This document shows, one piece after another, positions 24,585 to 37,859 of a DNA stretch of 64,000 nucleotides. A program made the position numbers and the translations under genes. Location of the stretch: positions 372,001-436,000 of the forward strand of contig BCIN01000002.1 of the NCBI GenBank assembly GCA_039545335.1, given 5' to 3'. Below the pieces are notes generated by a model. That model had not been told where the DNA came from, did not search any database, and saw nothing but the letters and a program-made list of their open reading frames with translations. Within the stretch, counting starts at the first letter, position 1, and the number at the start of each line of letters is the position of its first letter. The DNA comes from Kondoa subrosea (Eukaryota).

Positions 24585-27500
24585 ATGGCTGACGAGCCCT
24601 TCCAATTCGAGGAAGAGCCCGAAGAGCCTTTCGAAGAATCCAGTCTGCCCGTTTTACAGCGCAGGAACAGTAGTGGGAAGTCGATCAATCCTAAACCTGG
24701 TTCACCTAATCAGCGCAAGCATTGGCCTTATGATCGGAGAAGCTCAGATGAAAGATTGAGCCCTACTGCCTTGAAACGGAATTTGCATTTGGTCAATAAC
24801 ATTCAGCTTGGAGACTCGCTCTTCGATACTTCTTACAGTATGGCCAATCAAACTCCTACTGTTGCTGCTGCGTCGATGGAGAAATCTCTGAAACAAGCAC
24901 CTGCTTCACCTCGCTTAACTTCAACTCATGTCAGCGCAAATGGTCATCGCAGATCTCAGTCTTCCCCCAGAGCAGCTAATTACACTGAGCCCTACTTTCC
25001 TCTATCAAATCAATCCACTGCAAGCTATCGCAGATTGTCCGCAAACAGTTTGGAGGAAATGCAACCGTCAGCTGTTGCAAGTCGAAGAAGGGGTGCTTCG
25101 CCTTCAATGTTATCCGGAAGTCCGCCTTTCTCTGTATCTGTTCCGACCTCACCTTCTCAACCTATGGCTTCTTCGCCTACCAAATTCACTCGCACAATTT
25201 CAGCTCCAGGCGATTTACCAACTCTATCGACTTCACCATCAAACCACAACAATCATATCTTAGATCTCTTACACGCACCTAAATCACCTTCTCCAGGTCC
25301 ATCAAATTCTTCTTTCGGTCCACCAGGAATGCATGCTTTACTTCGACATTCAGGCTTTTCTGCTTTAGCTCCGCCAGCTTTAAGTTTACCTTCTGGTCCA
25401 GATGATCCAGATATCAATTCTCATTGGCCTGAACCTCGTTTCTCTTCACCTAAACTAAGAGCTTCCGCTTCACCACCTTTAAGATCAATTTCACCTCCAC
25501 CACCTCTACCTTTACCTCATGCAAGAAAATCTCCAATTGCTTTCAATCTAGATACAAGTTTACCTGCTCCTATTAAATTGAAAAGGACTTTATCAAACGA
25601 TACTGAAGATCCTTCACCTATTTCTTCTACTTCTTTACAATCCCCTCATTCAACTCATTCGACTTCAGAAAGTGAAAACGAAGATTCTCATTTCCCTCGA
25701 TCTTCAACCAGTGGTAGAAGTAGAAGGAGAAGAGGTAATAAAGGAAGTAATGCAAGCAGTCGAAATAGTTCTTTGGATCGAGATCGAGGTGGTGGAAGTG
25801 GTGATGAGAGCGATTCCTCTTTGGGTAAAGAAAGGAAAGAGAAAGTCAAACATGCTCATTTGGCTATGCCTGAACGAAGTGGTTGGGAATTAGATGAGGA
25901 TGAAGAAGAGGAAGATGAAGAGTCTGATTCTGATGGTTCGGATCATGAAGGAGAAGAAGACGAATCCCAAAGAAGGAATGACGCAAGGAGAACAGAAATG
26001 CACGATGTAGATGATGATGATGCCGGAGAAGATGAGGAAGAACAAGAAAGTCAACAGAGCCATCATCTCTCTAGAGCTAGTGGAATACCTAGATTACCTG
26101 CTTCACTTCGAAGGTCCACTTCACCTCAAGAACGGGCGCCGCGCATACTAAGTCCTTCAGCCTCGGATGGTCATCAAATAGGACCATCTTTGACTTCGGA
26201 AGGAGATCCAGCAGATCCAGAATGGCTCTCAGGCGAAAACGAGCAAGGTCATACAATGGAACGTTTCTTTGACGCAACAGAACCTGATGCGAAACTGGAT
26301 CCTATGGTGACGGATGATGAGTCGCTCAGCGTACTGGAGCGGATCTTCATTTTGTCGAAATCAGAGTACCGTGAACATCGGTCAGCGCTTTTCTAGCATT
26401 ATTGAGCCCAGTCTGAGCAGACTGTATGCAGAACTGCTGTCGCGAGAGCTTTGCCTGATTGGCTCGAGAGCGTTGATATTTGCGAGGCTGTTGAATACAT
26501 ATTACCTCTGCTGAACGGTCTAGCAACAGATGGTAGGTCCTTGTTTAGTGCCCTCTAATCATGCTAATGCTCGCTCTCACAGAGGACGAAGTCAAAGTCG
26601 GACTGGCGCAAGGTCTGGATCGCATCATGATGTATTTCTTCTCTCGATGTCCGCTCAACGAATCAGAAGACAAGAATGCCCAAGATGCTGAAATGGAACA
26701 TTCAGCTTTCGATACATCTTCTTCACCTCCGACCCGTAGCTCTTCCACTCGTTCTCTTACATCCTTACTCTCTGCAGTGCCTCAGGAAGCTTCTCCGATA
26801 CCAGCAGATGCCATTCCAGATGAAATCATTGAACCGCCGAAACTCATGGTTGGCACTTTCACACCCATCCTTGGTCTACTTCTTATGGACTCTCATATTG
26901 ACGTAACATCCTGGGCTAGAGCATCCGTGGTCCGGTTCCTATGTCGACTACACGAGAAAGAATTACCTACATATTTAGTGGAAGAAGATGTTCCTCCAGT
27001 TATGGCCACTCCTGCCAAAGGCGAAAGTGATGTCTCTCGAGCTCATGAACATCATCCATACATCTTGACTGAACAAGCGAAGCAAGCACTAGAAATGCAG
27101 ATTCTCATCGATGTTGTCCTTGGTCTCGCACGTTTGGAAGGCGACGAAGAACAAGACAAAGACGCAATGGAAGGCATTGAATCTGAAGCATCAATAGCTG
27201 ATGAACAAGAACAGCCAAACTCTTCCCCTGCTTCCGCAAGCCCCGACGATGGTTGGGGTCTGCCTGAGAGCCAAGATGTTTCCATGAAAGCAGAATCTTC
27301 TTCTCCAGACTGGGGTATGCCTCTTCGTCCGTTTGTACGGTCTGGTGTACACGAACCTAGTTCTGTTGATGCATCCGCATCCCAAAGTCATGGCAAATAC
27401 TTTAGCTCGGCTTCTGCAAGCGACAACGAAACAATACAAGGCAAGATGGCGTCGATGGAACTCATCGCATCGATAGCGGAAGCAAATTGTCTAACAGCTG

Positions 27501-29576
27501 AACAGCTTGCAGATACATTTGTACCGGAACTGAATCGGGTGGTTAGAGATCCTGCTTTCCGCGTGCGAAGCTTGGCTGCTTCTGCTATTGGTCCTATGGC
27601 TAAAGTACTTCCCTATGAATCTATTCTTCCTACTATCGTAAGTTTCCTTATGCTTCTTTCTCTTTCCAGTCGTACTAATTTGCCATCTAGCTACCTCTAA
27701 TCGACTCTTTCGCCAATGATGCTCAACCAAGCGTCAGAAGATGGGCATGTTTAGTTTTGCCGGAAATTTTTGGCAGGCTGCCAGACGACATCAAGCGCAG
27801 TCGAGTCATTATCGCAACAGAGAAATTCTCGAGAGACAAGGCTCGAGAAGTCCGAAGTGCATTGACCGAGATCAGTGGTCAACTCATTCATCTCTTTGTC
27901 GACTCTGCTGTCCCTGACGAACTGCTCGAATGGTATCTCGGCGGCCCTGCTTCAGAAACGCCAGTCAAGACAGCTTCGACGCCTTCACCCAATCCTTTCA
28001 ACCCCTTCGCTCCTCTTCCTACAGCCCTCTCTGCCCTTTCAGCACCTTTCAACATTCTGTCTCCGCCTAAAAAGCAAGAAGACTACATACAAGCTTTCGA
28101 CCCGGAAAGGGCAATGATCTGCGCTTTCAATTTTCCTGCTGTTGCTCTTTCCCTTGGTGCACAGCAATGGGGCAAACTTCGTAATTTCCACGCCTCGCTT
28201 GCACGGCATAATCAATATCCTGTCCGACGAAGCCTTGCCGCTTCTTTGCATGCAGTGGCCGAGATCATCGGCAGTGAGCAAGCTCTTACCGATCTAGCTG
28301 GTTTGTACAAGTCTTTTCTCTCCGACGTCAGTCCAGAAGTCAGGGAAATGGCCGTTGAACAATCTTTCACATTCATCGCTCACTTACCTACTTCAGCAAC
28401 GGATGAGCACCTTGTGATCTTGAAGCAAGCTCTTGTACCCGACAGCGGTAACCCTATGCCTTGGCGCCTGAGAGAAAAGGGAGCGATCCAGTTATCTTCA
28501 CTTACTACTCAATTGCTATCCAATCTTCCGGAGAAAGAAGATGCCAGCACACCTTTCTTTGATCTCCTTCTTTTCCTTTTGAAAGATGAAGTTGCTGCTG
28601 TTCGAGACGCAGCTTTGCGAGCGGTAAGTCCAAATCTTCCCAATATGTATGACTCTGGCTCATTCTTTTGTCCTTTAGATTCCAAATATCTATAATCTAG
28701 CTCAAGCACAACACGAGTCTATGGGTTTTGTCGTGCGATTCCTGCGGCGAAACTTTGCAGAAGCGCCTTCGTATCGAGATCGGACTACGTAAGTCTCCAC
28801 GTCTACTGTAGCTAGTTTGTATGCTGAAGTGATGTCTTTAGTTATGTCAACGCTGTGATCGCTTTAATGCAAGCTGGTGCAACAAGAGAATGCTTCGAAA
28901 ACGAATTGCTTTCGACTGTAGCAATATTGGCGAATGATCCAATCATCAATGTTCGGCTTGTATTGGCTCGATTGCTCAAACAGCTGGTAACGAAAGGTTA
29001 GCACTAGTGCTTAATTCATTCTTGATGCACATACTGACTACTGGTCCAGGCTTCTACGAACCACCTGCTTTAAGACATCTCACCTTTGATCAAATGTATC
29101 TCTCCCTACTATCTGATCCCGACGCGACTATCAGAGAAATGCTAGCAAACCCGACGTTTGAGCCTTTGCTTCGATCCGCAGTCACAATGCGCAGTCAACC
29201 GGAATCACTATCAAGATCTGGCTCATATGTCTCTCAACCTTCGAAATCACCTTTACCGAATTCGAGTGTTTCAACTAATGGTAATTCTCGTGGACAAGAA
29301 AGACCAAGATCTCTGTCAGCTGAAAGTGAAGATACCGATATGTTACTCGAAGAAGAAGAAGATCTGAATGCTTCTTCTACTGTTTTTGAAGATCTTCAAG
29401 TATTAAACGGGACTTCACCATCGGATGCATCTTATGCTTTCCCTACTCTTCGTCCTCGACATGATAAAGTCACTTCTTCTTTTTCTGGCTCTCCTACTGG
29501 TGCAGAACCACCGAATTTGTATAGGAAGTCTTCGGACAGTTTTGATGATTTTGTAAGGATTGATGTCGATTCGTAA
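24585..29576 (+). CDS. HEAT-repeat PP4 regulatory subunit 1-like protein with long disordered N-terminus
   Basis: DDESLSVLERIFILSKS, EAVEYILPLLNGLATD, RDPAFRVR, ERAMICAFNFPAVALSLG...W..LR, VRRSLAASLH and WRLRE. Confidence 0.85.
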
Positions 29577-29602
29577 AAGAAGAAGAAGAAGAAGGAAGGG
29601 AA
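29577..29602 (+). repeat. (AAG)n purine microsatellite just after the stop codon
   Basis: aagaagaagaagaagaaggaagggaag. Confidence 0.6.
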
Positions 29603-29747
29603 GCATGAATTACTTTGTAGCATAATCACAAAACAACTGTATACAAGAGAACATCAATGACATTCATTTCAGATCTCACAGACTTCGTTCTCAGTTTGCT
29701 GATAAATCCTAATTCTCTCGTCTTGATACCACGAATCTCCATTCAAG

Positions 29748-30398
29748 ATGAAAGTTCAGCGATTGATGCTGCGGACGCTCAAGCACTCCTCCTTACAGCG
29801 TCCAATAAGCCAGTACTGTCATTACTGCAGCTCGCCACTCTTACCCACAATCTCATCATATTCATTTCAAGCAAAGCGCTACCAATCTACATCTACTACT
29901 GCTTCTTCTACACAACAGCAACCTATACCTCCTCTTCCTCCTACTCCTTCTACAGCAAAGGACGATTTGATTCTTACGCCAAGTACTTTGAATCGAATAG
30001 ATAGCATAAGGGCACAAGAGAAGAATGATGCACTCGTATTAAGGATAACGGTTGAGAGTGGTGGATGTCATGGATATCAATACAAGCTGGACTTGGAAGA
30101 TTTGCCTGCTGAATTGAAAGTGGATGAGGATGGTGAAATTGAAGATCTGTTCGTTCATTCATTCCCCTCTTTCTATACCTTCTTCAGACTGATTCTATGT
30201 GTGAATACGGATAGGGTTATTGAAAGAAATGGTCGACCTTATATTCTGATTGATAAAATCTCAATGGATCTCACTAAAGGAGCAACAGTCAATTTCTCTA
30301 CTGAACTCATTGGGAGTACGTTCAAGATTGAAAATAATCCTCAAGCTCAAAGTGGAAGTAAATGTGGCTGTGGGATATCGTTCTCGTTAGGTGATTAG
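29748..30398 (+). CDS. ISA2: Mitochondrial Fe-S assembly protein Isa2
   Basis: LRITVESGGCHGYQY, ELIGSTFKIENNPQA and CGCGISF, plus a mitochondrial-type presequence. One intron. Confidence 0.92.
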   Translation: MKVQRLMLRTLKHSSLQRPISQYCHYCSSPLLPTISSYSFQAKRYQSTSTTASSTQQQPIPPLPPTPSTAKDDLILTPSTLNRIDSIRAQEKNDALVLRITVESGGCHGYQYKLDLEDLPAELKVDEDGEIEDLFVHSFPSFYTFFRLILCVNTDRVIERNGRPYILIDKISMDLTKGATVNFSTELIGSTFKIENNPQAQSGSKCGCGISFSLGD

Positions 30399-31168
30399 AA
30401 AGAGGTGCAAGCATGAGGTTCGATTCGGCTCGATGCAAGAGGCAGAAGTAATGCCGCTCATGAGGCTGCGGATCATTACCTTGGCTATTGCTCGGTCTAG
30501 GTCATGAAGAGAAGGTTGTAAACAGGTCGGTGCATCGCATAAACGCAAAGCAAGTCCGGCTGACTTCGCCTTTTCCGCCTGAACAGGACTTCTTCAAGTA
30601 TTGCAGATCCATTCTATTGCATATTTCGAGGCCCTTGGTCCTCAAAATCCTAAACAATGGAACCGATATCATTGATCAGATATACGTTCTGCGCCAAATA
30701 CTACGCAGCCTAATTCCTTATCCTTATCTTCCTTATATCTTAGTCTTTTTTGGTTGTCAGGATTCTAGCTCTCGTGTTGTCTTAAATCTGCTCTGGCAGT
30801 CTCACGACTTGCCTTGTCTGCATGCTTGATTGACCTGGGATTCTGGGAACTACAAGAAACGACCAATCAAGAATGCAATCAATTCTCCTATATGTTACCC
30901 GAGGAGATGCTTACAGGTAAAGGCTTCTTCTTCCTCTGCCGTCCTTCAGAACTGCCTGCTCGTTCCTAGAGAAGAGCGAATATTCAAATAGAAGATGTCT
31001 TCTTCCGACAAACAAGTCTTGTTTCACCTCGCCCAACGCTGACTAGGCTGCCGAAATACAGCGTGCGACGGCCCGGTGGGCTGTATTAGGTATCGCCTGG
31101 ATCGAATGACTTGCGATTTGGGTCCTCTTTCTTCTGTACTGCACTCTACCGTCGCTATTTCCTTCGAA

Positions 31169-31960
31169 ATGTCTTATTACTGGGATGCCACGACTAGAAC
31201 CTATATCATGCACGATGCCCAAGGCCATCCGATTCCAGTACCGGGATCTACGCCTTATCCAATTCATGCTACTCCCTATCAGTCTGCTGCCTATGGCTCG
31301 TCTGCTTCCGAACATGCCCAGTCTGGCTACAGTAATCACGCGAACCAATACTACGGTAATTATGACACGGCAGCTTCTTCTCGCGCACAAAACTATCCTC
31401 CCGCAGCTGCAACACCTAGTCATGCTCCTCAACAGCATCAGCAAGTCTCAGCCGCTCAAGATTACTACTCCCCTGTTCTCAATGCTCCTCAATCCGTTCA
31501 AACTACATACCCAGGATCAGGCTTCTATTCCGCGCAGGCATATCACGAACAAGCATATGCTGCTGGATCAAATCGCGAAATCACACGCAAGCCACAAAGT
31601 AGGTTTCATTCACAAGTCTCATGTTCTTTCTTCGATGTACGACGTTAATTAACTCTGCTATTGCTCTTTACAGCATCGGTCGAAGGTGAGTCTTTTTCAG
31701 CTGGTCACTCCATTAGTTGAGCTAATTTCGGTTTTAACGAAGGCTTTTACCCATGCCCCAAATGCCATGTCCCTCAAGGGAACGGCATTGCACTGGCCAA
31801 TCACAAGCGCGGCTGTCGTGGTGGTGAAGAAACCGAATATGACAGGACACTGATGTGCGGACAAGGCAATTGCCATGAAGGACCATACAAGAACCGGCAG
31901 AGACTTCTTGACCACCGCAGAGATAGGTGCCCGAACAAACATCTCTACAAGAGTAAATAA
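31169..31960 (+). CDS. Tyr/Gln/Ala-rich protein with two C-terminal C2HC zinc fingers
   Basis: MSYYWDATTRTYIMHD start and a 12-nt micro-exon at 31674-31685. Last exon reads FYPCPKC...ANHKRGC and LMCGQGNC...LDHRRDRC. Confidence 0.65.
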
Positions 31961-32339
31961 CCTTGTACAGCGCATTATTAGCTACTTCATATAATGCAGA
32001 TCTTCCGATTATATCCCATTCATTCTCTCTGTTCGTCTGTTGTGCGCGATCAAACCACAAACGAAAGTCAAGTCTGTTACATAAGGAGCCTACAGAGTGC
32101 AATAGCTACTCCTGAGATGTGCCTCTGCTTCACCCAAAATGCCTCTGCACAGCGACTGCTAGATCTTCTGCGGCGGGATGTTCTTCGACAAGCTTGGCAA
32201 TATCATCCGTTAGTCGTATCTTGGTTGGTCTTGCATCGAATTGATGTATTAGAGCCAATCGCTCAGCTTCCTGTAAGTATGTTCAGTAATCCGTCTAATT
32301 AGTCGGGGCGACTAACATCTAGATAGTGCTTAAAAGACT

Positions 32340-33831
32340 TTGCGCCTGACTTAGCCAGAGCATACTTGATAGCGCGCATCTGATACAGCTCCGGTAGACT
32401 GGGATATTTCGATGCGCCGCTGACTTTGTAGATCTGACGCAACAAGGGTACGTAGTAATTGTAGGCTTATGGAAGTGAGCGAAGAGAATGAAACAGCTTG
32501 ATTCCCAAGGCTTACTGTTGCCACTCTTTGTGAAGTACAGAGCGCGAGATTCCTTCTCCCTGTAGGCTTGGACTTCAAGCCTGAATTTCTGCTCCATATA
32601 TTTGCGTGTAGAATTTGATATGGTTCCATGCGGATGTGCATCAGCGGACCTGAAAGAAATCGACGATAGCTGTGAGGCTGTTTGAAATAGCTTACCCGCA
32701 TGGACAATCATTGAGCAGGTGGTATCGAAAACAAGGGGTACGAGTCGTGTTTGTGAGGCTTCGATCCGACGCTGACCAAGGCGAAAGTTGATGGGAAATA
32801 GGACGAAGCTGCTGATGTCGTTCGAACACATTTGTCCAGAACGGTCTGGGATGCGAATCAATACAGCTTGGCAGAGGTCCTATGTAGCGTACGTGAAAGG
32901 CTTGTTCGTTTCAACAATCGAACTGCAATAAAGACAGTCAGGGTAATGTTGGTACCAAGTTGCACTACTGACGGTGCAGCAAAAACATGACCTTTAGCAG
33001 CGGTGTGAGATTATCTCAGCTGCGTACAGAAATAAGGCTCACCTATGAGATGAACTTTTGTATCAATCTTCTGCTTTTCAAGTTGAGCTAGTGACTGAAC
33101 ATATCCATGGTCGGTACTGATACCAGCGAGGACAAGTCGGACTGCTGACAAGGATGTGTACAAAAGTAGGGCGGCGTTCACGTTCTCATCTGCCGCTTGG
33201 CTGGCTGTCCCAGAATCAACCATGTATGCTAGAGAATCAGATCTAAGTCAGTTAGTTAGTAATGGTTCTATCTTGATCCAGCGATGGAAATTACTCATTA
33301 AACCCAATAAAAACATGTCGAGGCTTCGCGCTTTTACTTCCGCACTTGACTGCCAGTATTGAAACCAGCCAGATTTATTGCAGACTGAGCCATGAGCGAG
33401 AGCTCCAATGGTTATAGAGTAGGCTCACATATTTGTAATAGTAAGACAAAATTATCATGACCAAAAACCTTCGCAGCGTATGATTCAATATTCTCTCTGA
33501 GCAGGTCTGCATAATCCGCACCACCGTCGTGACCATTCTCAATAAGGTCTTGCCGAATAAGATAGGCGTCGCCGTCGATAGCCACGTACACTATGTCTTG
33601 AGCCGCTTCCGCTTCTGCCTGTATCGATGAAATCCGTGCCAACTGCTGCCTACTCTCCTTAAGTTGTTCTTGCAGAAGAGTTACTTGTTCGGCCAGTTCT
33701 TCGTCATGCTGAAGCACAGCTGCCGTTGCATTGACCAGATTATCGGAAACTTGTGTCCAGCATGAGCACTGACAATAATTTGTCATTAAGCGAGAAGAAA
33801 CAGACGCGAGAGTAGGGCCGGCGGAGAGCAT
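32340..33831 (-). CDS. Fungal NYN/PIN-like (DUF7923-type) domain protein with N-terminal coiled coil; ends uncertain
   Basis: VYVAIDGDAYLI...GHDGGADYA, MVDSG...QAADENV and LVLAGISTDHGY. A possible CCCH-like segment PCFRYHLLNDCPCG lies downstream. Confidence 0.65.
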
Positions 33832-34336
33832 GGCGTGTAGGTACAGAATACAAGGAAAGAGTACGCCTGCCAATTGCTGCGAAACATCGCATTTCTGGTC
33901 AGAAACGCGTCGAGCGGAATAGCAGACTGCAGGCAGAGGATCTTGACGTGCAATTCTACACAGACTCAATGCAGCGATATCAACCAGCAACTTGGCCAAT
34001 GTTTTCGAGCTGCCAGGGCCGAGTATCAGGCGTCCAAAGGGATTGACTACTCTGTCTTGCAGGCAATTTGGATCAAGTACAGCCGACTAGCAACATCGCA
34101 GAGGCGCGACAAAGCTTCGCAAACATCATTTGAACATTTGCTTGTCTAAAAGCGGCCACTGCAATCGTCTGCTAATTCAGCCAATACCCGTAGATAGATG
34201 ATACACAGCTGCGCGACCTGTAAATGTGTTGGGTAGCCTGCTTCCAAAGCGTCGAACTCTTTAGAATAGACCCGATTGCCGCGATACCTCTTTCTTGCTT
34301 CGACTAGGTCTCTTTCTCAGCTCTACTGCCATCATA

Positions 34337-35153
34337 TGAAGTCGTTCAATATATCCTGCGCTGTACCTGGCAAGCTTTCGTATTCTGCATACTGGCCGGC
34401 CGAGTCAGCAGAACCAATCGTGTATGCTACTCAACCTGAATACCATGTTGATACCATTTCGCGAAGCATGGACGTGGAGCTTGTAGTCTCTCAATCTGTT
34501 CAGGTGAGCCAAGATCACGCTTAGCTATATGTTTGCAGCTAATGTCTTTTAGTCTTTGAGCGCTCTACATCACATCCTATCCAGTCGACAAAGAGATCCC
34601 TCAACCGTCAACAAGGACAATTTGGAAACGCTACGAATCAAGCTGCTGCGTCCTTACGCTAATCTCAAGCGTCATTGCAGAAATTGCTGGAAGAATTGGG
34701 ATTTGAATGGACAGGAATGTTCGTGGATAATTTGGTCGAAGGCAGAAGGAGCTTGCCTGTCATACCTATTGAAAGGTATGTATATTGAAGGATGATGTCT
34801 GCAAAGCTGACTCGCTGGCTCGTTCAGACCACTGCGATTGGATAATTATGCTTTACTTGTTTTGGATCTATATGCTATCAAAGAGTTGGTCCTACTCGCG
34901 GCAGAATGTAGTAGTAAGTTTCCACAAGTCGGTTCTGAAACTATGGCTGAGTTCAATAGCCTATATCGTCTCACAAACAGAATGGTCAGCTTTTCCTCGA
35001 TACCTCAACAGTAGATTGTTGGGATTACTTCCTTCAACTATCGAGCAGAAACACACACGCCCAAGAGAAGAGCTGAACGACTCTACCAACTCTGCTGATT
35101 CAGGCCCTCCTGACAATGGCGAGAGCCCTGCTTCTTGTGCTACGCCCGTTTGA
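34337..35153 (+). CDS. Hypothetical multi-exon protein
   Basis: Canonical donors (GTGAGC, GTATGT, GTAAGT) and a protein-like frame KLLEELGFEWTGMFVDNL...PLRLDNYALLVLDLYAIKELVLL. Exon structure not fully resolved. Confidence 0.35.
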
Positions 35154-35634
35154 TTGCGAAACATGCTGGATTGGAGACTTGCTCTTCAAGGTTGGATCAT
35201 CAAAACGTCAAGTACTTTCTGTTCAGCGCTCCTTCGATTAAGAAGTGGTGTTCTCGCTTTGTTCTGGCAGTTGCGGTTTTATTGCGAGCAGCTGTCCAGA
35301 CTTGCACAACGAACCGTGTCCATTCGCTCGGGTTTGCAAGACTTGCCGCATCAAGCTCTTACCTGTTTACTGCGACGGCATGCTGACTCAAGAATTTGGC
35401 TAAGATCGTCGTAGAGATACAGGCAAATCATATCGACAGTGCAAACATTAGGAACGTTACAGAACAAACTGCTTCAGGGGAAATGTTGGGCCGGTAGTCA
35501 TCGAAGTAAAGAGTAGAACTAGGATCAGACAGTACCCTGCATTTGCATTCGTCTGTATCGACATCAGTCTTGCCCTCGAACCAAAATCGAAGGATCTGAG
35601 CGCTCTGAGCGCTCTACAGTCAAGCGATACAGCA

Positions 35635-37741
35635 ATGTCTGTTCGGCACGCGTGGAACAAACGGAAAGCTTTCATGAGACAAGAGACTGGGCTGGATGAA
35701 ACGCAACAGCTGCTGCAGCTTCCTATCTTCTTCCAAGTCTTTATCATGTACGCAGACTTGTTCGGCATCTGCTGGGTCCTCTTCAACACTTATCTCCTCT
35801 TCCCTGTCTTTGACGCTCTCGTTTCCGAAGTGGTACCCTTTCTAGAAAGTGTCGAACGCAAAGAAATTGTATCGCATCTGAAGCAACGTTGGACGCAATA
35901 CCGTGTGATACCATTGCTCAATGTCAAGACCACTACTATCGAATGCCTACCGCCAGAGGTGATGCTTATGATAGTCGATGAACTGGCTGTACCGTTATTT
36001 CAAGCTTGTTCGATCGGGGAAACTCAAGAGATACTGGAAGTGCGACTGGTGTCGAGACTGTTCCGTACGTATATTGTAAGATCAAAAATGGGAACTTTAC
36101 TCAGACGCAAACACAGACATTGCCTTTCAACCCATTTTCAATTCTCTTTCGTGGGGTTTCATGGACCTTGGCGATTTGACAATCAACGGCGATACTACGA
36201 CGGCTTCCAACGCAACGTTGCAGCTGGAACTGAGGGACAGCAGTGTTGAAGATCACGTGGAGCTAATACAAAGCGGCGTGCTGCGGGAGCTGCTAACGCG
36301 AACTGCTTTCGTGAACAACCCAAGAATGGAGAAAGTCAAACGCCTTATCATCACAAGCGAGTACGAAGCTTTTGACCCCATGACATGCATTGCATTGCTC
36401 TCCGTTTGCTCTCAGCTCACCAATCTGACTATTGCCTGCAATCACGACGAATCGGCTTCTGATCTATTTGATGATGTGTTCAAATACGAATTTCCGCTTT
36501 TGCGACATCTGCAACTCACCCTGACTACATCGTCCTCCTTTAATGAACCATTGTGTCTTCCTCCCATTCTTCTCTCACTCCAGGCACCAAAGCTTCAATC
36601 TCTTCGTCTGGACGTCTCTGAAGAGCTCCACGATACTATTTTCGAGCTTCTCGGGCGAGTTGCAGCAACAATAGAAGAGTTGGATTTGCAGGTTGATGGT
36701 TGTCGCATCCTTGAGATCGCTTTGAAATTGAACAATATCGTCTGTCCGAAATTACGCAAGGCAAGAATTGGAGCAACGCCTCTACACAGACCGGCTTACG
36801 AAGTAGATTCGGGCCCGGAGGTCTTCTTCACCATATTGCTCAGGATGATGCCGAATCTGGAGATTTTCACTATCGATACGCCATCAGACATTTGCAACCA
36901 ATCTGTATTGGAGGGGTTGGCTGTCAGCTTACTCAGGTCTGCATGTAGACAGACCTTAAGAAGGCTTTCTTTGCCGTTACCGTCTGCCGTCTTTTCCGGA
37001 ATGCTAAGAGTACTGCTAAAGTACTTCCCTAAGCTTCTTCTCATCAAAGCTCGGGCCGATCAATACTGTCACAAACAACTTTCCGACCATGTGCACAAGA
37101 GGAAATTTGCTGGTTGGCAGAATGAGATTTCACTACAAATCTTTACTTCCCAATTCGATCTCCTTCGATCTCATCTTTCCACAATTGGGTCTACTTGTAC
37201 CGTGGAGATCAAAATCACTTTGAAGTCGGGAAGTTGGATGTCAGCATCAACGGCGCACGAGAAAGTCTTGTGCGATCCTTATACCTATTTCCTATCACAT
37301 CGCAATATCTGGAAATGGGGCTACAAGTTTGTTCAAGCTGATATCTGGGAGAAAATTGGAAACGGAATCGCTGCCGGACTCAGATCGATCGTGGGAGAGC
37401 AATCAGCTGAAGAAAAGAGGAAAGCAGAAGTGCATGCTAGAAGTATTGCTGTTGCGGATGCTTTTGCTGCTCGGATGCTTCAGAGCAAAGGTCTGATGTT
37501 ATCACCTCTCGGCGAAATCGTTCCAATACCAGGAATAAACAATCCCGCTGGTGGTGAAACTGAGGAAGAAGAAACCGACGAAGGAGATGAAGAAGATGAA
37601 GAAAGCGATGAGGATGAATGGGAAGATGAAAGCGAGGGATCCGAAGGCGATAGTGATCGATCTGAGACAGCAAGTGAAGTGTCGCAAGAAGAGAACGGGC
37701 TTCGAGAAGATGAACAGTGGCTTCGTCGTATTCGAATCTAG
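35635..37741 (+). CDS. F-box / LRR (RNI-like) protein with acidic tail
   Basis: F-box TIECLPPEVMLMIVDEL...VRLVSRLFR, then an intron. LRR-like LTNLTI, LRHLQL, LQSLRL and IEELDL. E/D-rich C-terminus. Confidence 0.8.
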
Positions 37742-37859
37742 AACAGTCTAGATCTTCTGCATGCTCTGAGCCACTATAGTAATGCACAAATCTCACTGTT
37801 GTCATGTTGGCATTGAACCGCCATAGCATTTATTTGCGAAAGGTTTACTGTGTTGTGCG

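Noticed and set aside
35595..35615. 9-nt tandem repeat tctgagcgc upstream of the F-box gene
   Set aside because: Two copies only, within chance or slippage expectation.
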